Made by a program: the position numbers and the translations under genes. A stretch of 10,695 nucleotides of DNA from Promethearchaeota archaeon (GTDB lineage Archaea > Asgardarchaeota > Thorarchaeia > Thorarchaeales > Thorarchaeaceae), in NCBI GenBank assembly GCA_014728035.1, contig WJMJ01000015.1:1-10695 (forward strand), in the 5' to 3' direction. This document shows positions 7,037-10,695 of this stretch, in pieces; within the stretch, counting starts at the first letter, position 1; every line of letters begins with the position of its first letter. The notes under the pieces are model-generated. The model did no database searches and was not told the DNA's origin. It worked only from the letters and a program-made list of their open reading frames with translations.

Positions 7037-7498
7037 ATGAGTCATGTCGCTGTGGTAGATGTGGAAATCAAGGATCTCAAGGCGTTGGAAAAGGCGTGCG
7101 AGAATCTCAATTTGAAATTCAATTGGAACCAGCAGACCTACAAATGGTATGGGCGAAGTGTGGGTGATTACCCTCTACCCAATGGCTTCAAGAAGGAAGA
7201 TTTGGGCAAATGTGACCACGCCATTTCTATACCCAATAACAGCAAGGCATATGAGATTGGCGTCTGCGAGAGCAGGACCAGCAAGAAAGATTCCCATTGC
7301 CTTTTGTGGGATTTCTGGCAGGGTGGTTTTGGGATGCAGAAGATCGTGGGAGACAACTGCAGCAATCTGACCCACGAATATGCCAAGGAAGTTGCGAGGA
7401 AGGAAGTTTCAAAATTGGCTCAGGCGCAAAACTGGACAGTGACAGAGGATTACAACGAGCAAACCGGCGAAACCACAATCAGGCTTCGCAAGTACTAG
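7037..7498 (+). CDS. DUF1257 (Ycf35-like) family protein
   Basis: MSHVAVVDVEIKDLKALEKAC, YEIGV and LLWDFW; typical position next to a Ycf46-like ATPase; RBS AGGAGG. Confidence 0.85.
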   Translation: MSHVAVVDVEIKDLKALEKACENLNLKFNWNQQTYKWYGRSVGDYPLPNGFKKEDLGKCDHAISIPNNSKAYEIGVCESRTSKKDSHCLLWDFWQGGFGMQKIVGDNCSNLTHEYAKEVARKEVSKLAQAQNWTVTEDYNEQTGETTIRLRKY

Positions 7499-7506
7499 GA
7501 GATGGT

Positions 7507-7791
7507 GTGGATATTACGATCAGAATAGACAAATCCGAAAGAGACTATCTGCATCTTTCAATATCACGAGGCACCGAAGTTAAGGCGACCGTCGTGGTAA
7601 GCCTAAAAAGAGATGGGTGGTATGTGCGTAGCGTAAAGGGTCGTGGTATCCTACACCAACAGATACTCCAAACGGCATTGTGGGAGTTAGAAAGCAACCA
7701 GAAATACCGTGATGCCGTTGAATTGATGTCAAAATCAGACACTCTTTATGTTTCCACCAAGGAAAGAGGAGAAGAGTCATGCAAGAAATGA
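7507..7791 (+). CDS. Hypothetical protein (94 aa, GTG start)
   Basis: AGGAG at 7497-7501 precedes GTG7507 (MDITIRIDK...). It fills the gap between DUF1257 and DUF2997. Confidence 0.7.
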   Translation: MDITIRIDKSERDYLHLSISRGTEVKATVVVSLKRDGWYVRSVKGRGILHQQILQTALWELESNQKYRDAVELMSKSDTLYVSTKERGEESCKK

Positions 7792-7973
7792 AGGTCATTA
7801 TTTCTAAAAATGGGCAAGTCACCATTGATGTAGATGGGATCAAGGGTTCCTCATGCAAGACTATGACAAAAGCACTCGAAAAGAGTCTTGGAATCACAGT
7901 CAGTGATAAGAAAAAGACCGAATTCTATGAGGAACAGCAAGTCGATAACCAACAGAATCTGGGGAACTACTAA
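7779..7973 (+). CDS. DUF2997 family protein
   Basis: KVIISKNGQVTIDVDGIKGSSC...TKALEKSLG...KKTEFYE matches the family pattern; RBS GAGGAG. Confidence 0.88.
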   Translation: MQEMKVIISKNGQVTIDVDGIKGSSCKTMTKALEKSLGITVSDKKKTEFYEEQQVDNQQNLGNY

Positions 7974-8218
7974 TGGATATCATCATATCTGGAGATCAAA
8001 TCAGATATATTTATTCTGATGATTTACTTGGTCTCACCAATCATGGCACATCAACGGTAAAAAGAGCAAGCCATGTTGAACCAGATGACAATGGCGGGTG
8101 GAAAGCAGATTTGGGGCCAGTTGGTGGCCCTATTCTGGGGCCATTTAAAAAGAGGTCAGATGCACTGGAAGGGGAGTTAACATGGCTAACGAATCATGGA
8201 GTTCCAACGCCAAAATGA
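7973..8218 (+). CDS. Conserved small protein (RASHVEP...WxADL.PVGGP.LGPF..RS.AL), a neighbour of AAA-DUF1257-DUF2997 clusters
   Basis: TAATG-coupled to DUF2997. The motif is recalled from similar clusters, e.g. in Planctomycetota (from memory, unverified). Confidence 0.85.
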   Translation: MDIIISGDQIRYIYSDDLLGLTNHGTSTVKRASHVEPDDNGGWKADLGPVGGPILGPFKKRSDALEGELTWLTNHGVPTPK

Positions 8219-8676
8219 ACATTGATCATAATACAAAGATCATGCTCCAAAATAGTCAGTTGAGAGAAGCACAGGGCAAATCAGGGGATGATCTTATCAA
8301 TGCATTTGGAACTGGATACTTTGTCGATAGAGATGGTCAATTATATAATATTGGTAAAGCCAAAACACACGAGGAGTGGGCAAATCAACGAGATACAACT
8401 ACCAATGATCTTCTTGATCGTGGTTGGACTAGGATAAGAAATTTTGGTGCATTTGATTACATACAGGGCGATTCACGCACACTGGACAACATATGGTATC
8501 TCATTGAAATTGCTGACAAAGTAAACAAAAACCGAATTATTTACACATATGACAGAAATCGTATTGAATTAATAAAACATGATGATGACAAATGGAGAGC
8601 AATAAATGGCAAAGAGATCAAAGACATCATCGAGTGTAAAATCATTCCTGAGAGCTTTACCAGCAAGATTTACTAA
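8215..8676 (+). CDS. Hypothetical protein, FGTG...H..WA...GW.R family (153 aa); paralog of 4269-4643
   Basis: ATGA overlap at 8215-8218; aligns without gaps to the 4269 protein over 45 aa. Confidence 0.85.
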   Translation: MNIDHNTKIMLQNSQLREAQGKSGDDLINAFGTGYFVDRDGQLYNIGKAKTHEEWANQRDTTTNDLLDRGWTRIRNFGAFDYIQGDSRTLDNIWYLIEIADKVNKNRIIYTYDRNRIELIKHDDDKWRAINGKEIKDIIECKIIPESFTSKIY

Positions 8677-8803
8677 GCATGAATTCGGCCCAGAAGCAGC
8701 GACGCATGGTTATGCGATCAAAGATGATGGCAAAATGGTCGGTTTGATCTTGATTGATGATGGAATAATCCATAAATTTGGTGATATATGGACGTGCAAA
8801 TAA
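8606..8803 (+). CDS. Hypothetical protein (65 aa)
   Basis: GGAG at 8594-8597 precedes ATG8606, and the stop abuts the next RBS. It overlaps the upstream gene by 71 nt, so the start is uncertain. Confidence 0.5.
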   Translation: MAKRSKTSSSVKSFLRALPARFTKHEFGPEAATHGYAIKDDGKMVGLILIDDGIIHKFGDIWTCK

Positions 8804-8812
8804 GGAATTGAA

Positions 8813-9517
8813 ATGAAATATTTATGCAATGACGATCAGTCAAACAAATTCTGGGAATATAAGATCAATGGCACATCAGTAACCGTGAAATGGGGCAGAG
8901 TGGGCCTATCGGGGCAGTCCAAAGTACATAATTTCAGTTCTTCTGATGATATGCAAAAATTCATCAATAAAAAAGTCGCAGAAAAAATGCGCAAGAATTA
9001 TGCACCAGTTGATGACAAAAAGCTAAAGGAAGAGGTGAAAACCGCACAACAGTTGGGTCATCAATATAAAATATCACGTATGTTGTTTGTGAATCAGAAG
9101 GACAATAAACTCACCCATCTAGCCAAATATGATCCAAAGAAGTGGGTCTATGTTGAGATCCTAAATTCATGGAAGAAAGACATCACAAGGCTTCTGTTAT
9201 CCAAGAATGAATCATACGAGATTACTGGTGGGGTGACAGAAGGATACAAATCCATCACCTATGGGCAGAAATCCCCAACATCTGGTAATTTTGTTAATGC
9301 CGTCCGTGGTATATTGCGCCGATTGTCAGAACAGGTGGTTGAAGTGGTTAAGGCAAGAATCACATTATCTGGTGCAAGAAAATTGGATATGGGAGGCGAC
9401 GAACAAGAATATGCAACTGCTGCTTTGGATGCCTTAGAATCCATGAATATTACCAACATGGACAAGAGTGTGGTGTCAAAATTCGCCACCATGGGAACAC
9501 GAGTGTTGGATTTATGA
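8813..9517 (+). CDS. WGR-domain protein (234 aa)
   Basis: N-terminal SNKFWEY...VTVKWGRVGLSGQ...KKVAEKMRKNY is a WGR domain; the C-terminal part is unassigned. Confidence 0.9.
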   Translation: MKYLCNDDQSNKFWEYKINGTSVTVKWGRVGLSGQSKVHNFSSSDDMQKFINKKVAEKMRKNYAPVDDKKLKEEVKTAQQLGHQYKISRMLFVNQKDNKLTHLAKYDPKKWVYVEILNSWKKDITRLLLSKNESYEITGGVTEGYKSITYGQKSPTSGNFVNAVRGILRRLSEQVVEVVKARITLSGARKLDMGGDEQEYATAALDALESMNITNMDKSVVSKFATMGTRVLDL

Positions 9518-9657
9518 AGTGCCTAATGTGCCAAAACACAATCGACGTAGGACAAGGACATTATTTATTACTGGGACCAAAGCCCACATATCATGATGAC
9601 ACCATGAAAAGATCACGCCCACACATTACCCATCCGTCGTATATTACGCCCAAATAA
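9514..9657 (+). CDS. Small MKCxxC ORF (47 aa), possibly a truncated zinc ribbon
   Basis: ATGA-coupled. MKCLMCQNTIDVGQGHYLLLGPKPTYHDDT... has only one CxxC, and its 3' end runs over the distal box of cassette 3. Confidence 0.4.
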   Translation: MKCLMCQNTIDVGQGHYLLLGPKPTYHDDTMKRSRPHITHPSYITPK

Positions 9658-9675
9658 CCATACTACCCATGGTAT
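9627..9675. promoter_or_regulatory. Pair of 16-bp palindromic boxes, cassette 3
   Basis: TACCCATCCGTCGTAT (9627-9642) and ATACTACCCATGGTAT (9660-9675), 33 bp apart. Confidence 0.75.
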
Positions 9676-9681
9676 ATCTTC

Positions 9682-9702
9682 TGGAACGCAATTTGCTATA
9701 AT
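9682..9702 (+). promoter_or_regulatory. Sigma54-type promoter P3, overlapping a sigma70 extended -10
   Basis: TGGAACG-CAAT-TTGCTA (GG at 9683-84, GC at 9695-96). TG-C-TATAAT lies at 9694-9702. Confidence 0.8.
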
Positions 9703-9734
9703 AGAGGTATCTTCCCCCCATATTAGGAGAAAAT

Positions 9735-10628
9735 ATGAGTCAACAGACAAAACAATCACTCATCGCAACGCTCACAGAAGATAGCAAAGATTTCGAGGTC
9801 TTGGGTATGGTGGCATGGTGGAACGTGAGATCGGTTGAAATCAGCACTGAAAACCTATCCAGTCTTCTCACTTCGTGTGGATTGGACCCTAAACATGCCC
9901 GTGAACATAATTATCGGTCATCTTTCATCCGGGCGCTTCGCAATATGGAAGAAAAACGCATTATCAGGATGGTGGAGGAAGATAAGAATCGAATCGTCTA
10001 CCAGTTCACGGCAGAAAACAAGACAGACGGCAATGAATTCAAGTTGTCATATGATCCGGAAACGCTGGTGTCAATTAACAAAGAAGCATATAGGTCTACT
10101 GGTGATATCGATCAGGCCACGACGGGGAGAGATGATATTCGATCGAAGTTGGTTGCGTCTTTCAATATGGAGAAGAATACATACCGATCTGGTGACATCA
10201 CAAGAATGCTCAAGCGGATTTTTGATAAGGAAGCTGACCTCGTGTGTTTGCGCGAGAATGGTGGGGTATATTTCATTCCATCAACCCATGCCCATGTGGT
10301 ACAGAAAGTATCACAAATGATGGATGAATTGGGTAATTCATCCTTCGAATATTTACCATTGCCAAATGTATCTTCATGCCGTTCGCTGCTTAAAAATGCA
10401 GTGACTGATGAAATGGAACTGGCCATGCAAAAGCTGCATGACGAACTACAGAATTCTGACCAGATGACAGACAAGAAGGCAAAACATCGATTGTCGAAAA
10501 TCCGTGAAATGCAAAAACGAATCAACCAATACGAAGAGGTGTTGGATCAAAAGGTCACAAAACACCTCCAGGGTGGATTCAAAAAGATGGAACAGCATAT
10601 CATGTCATCTCGTGTGCTAGATATCTAG
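9735..10628 (+). CDS. DUF6744/DUF3150-like protein (297 aa)
   Basis: LGMVAWWNV near the N-terminus, LRENGGVYFIP motif and a helical C-terminal coiled coil; RBS AGGAG. The family assignment is from memory. Confidence 0.7.
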   Translation: MSQQTKQSLIATLTEDSKDFEVLGMVAWWNVRSVEISTENLSSLLTSCGLDPKHAREHNYRSSFIRALRNMEEKRIIRMVEEDKNRIVYQFTAENKTDGNEFKLSYDPETLVSINKEAYRSTGDIDQATTGRDDIRSKLVASFNMEKNTYRSGDITRMLKRIFDKEADLVCLRENGGVYFIPSTHAHVVQKVSQMMDELGNSSFEYLPLPNVSSCRSLLKNAVTDEMELAMQKLHDELQNSDQMTDKKAKHRLSKIREMQKRINQYEEVLDQKVTKHLQGGFKKMEQHIMSSRVLDI

Positions 10629-10636
10629 GAGATTTT

Positions 10637-10695
10637 ATGACGGAACAGCCTATGTTCCCAATGATCAGTGGTAGTTTATCGGAATCGCCACTACA
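10637..10695 (+). CDS. Start of next gene (partial, MTEQPMFPMISGSLSESPL...)
   Basis: AGGAG at 10627-10631 precedes ATG10637; the frame stays open to the window edge. Confidence 0.65.
   Translation, partial: MTEQPMFPMISGSLSESPL

Noticed and set aside
329-10525. All minus-strand ORFs and the nested alternative-frame plus-strand ORFs in the track
   Set aside because: They shadow well-supported + strand genes and show no recognisable motifs.
242-10628. Stop-codon reassignment (TAG or TGA) as in some large phages
   Set aside because: TAG, TGA and TAA all end genes at natural domain ends, followed by an RBS or coupled start, and neither tRNA is a suppressor.

Overview
This window looks like part of a large (possibly jumbo) bacteriophage or phage-like element. 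About 20 tightly packed genes all lie on the + strand in the standard code, with ATGA/TAATG overlaps and AGGAG ribosome-binding sites. It holds two CCA-encoding tRNAs (Ile2-CAT and a short-variable-loop Leu-TAA), several small Zn-finger ORFs, a DUF4258/BECR-like RNase candidate and a stand-alone ATP-dependent ligase adenylation domain. A Ycf46-like AAA+ ATPase, with an HNH-type intein in its Walker A motif, is followed by DUF1257, DUF2997, a conserved 'RASHVEP' protein, a WGR-domain protein and a DUF6744/DUF3150-like protein. Two unexplained patterns stand out. (1) Three operon-leading regions share the same promoter cassette: two copies of a 16-bp palindrome (consensus ATACTACCGGTAGTAT) 32-33 bp apart, with the proximal copy starting exactly 22 bp before a sigma54-type TGGCACG-N4-TTGCTA element. 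(2) The AAA ATPase, the WGR protein and the DUF6744-like protein all end in the same R-x-L-D-[I/L] tail, which suggests a shared docking tag in an uncharacterised AAA+ system. Family names come from recognising motifs by eye; no searches were run.
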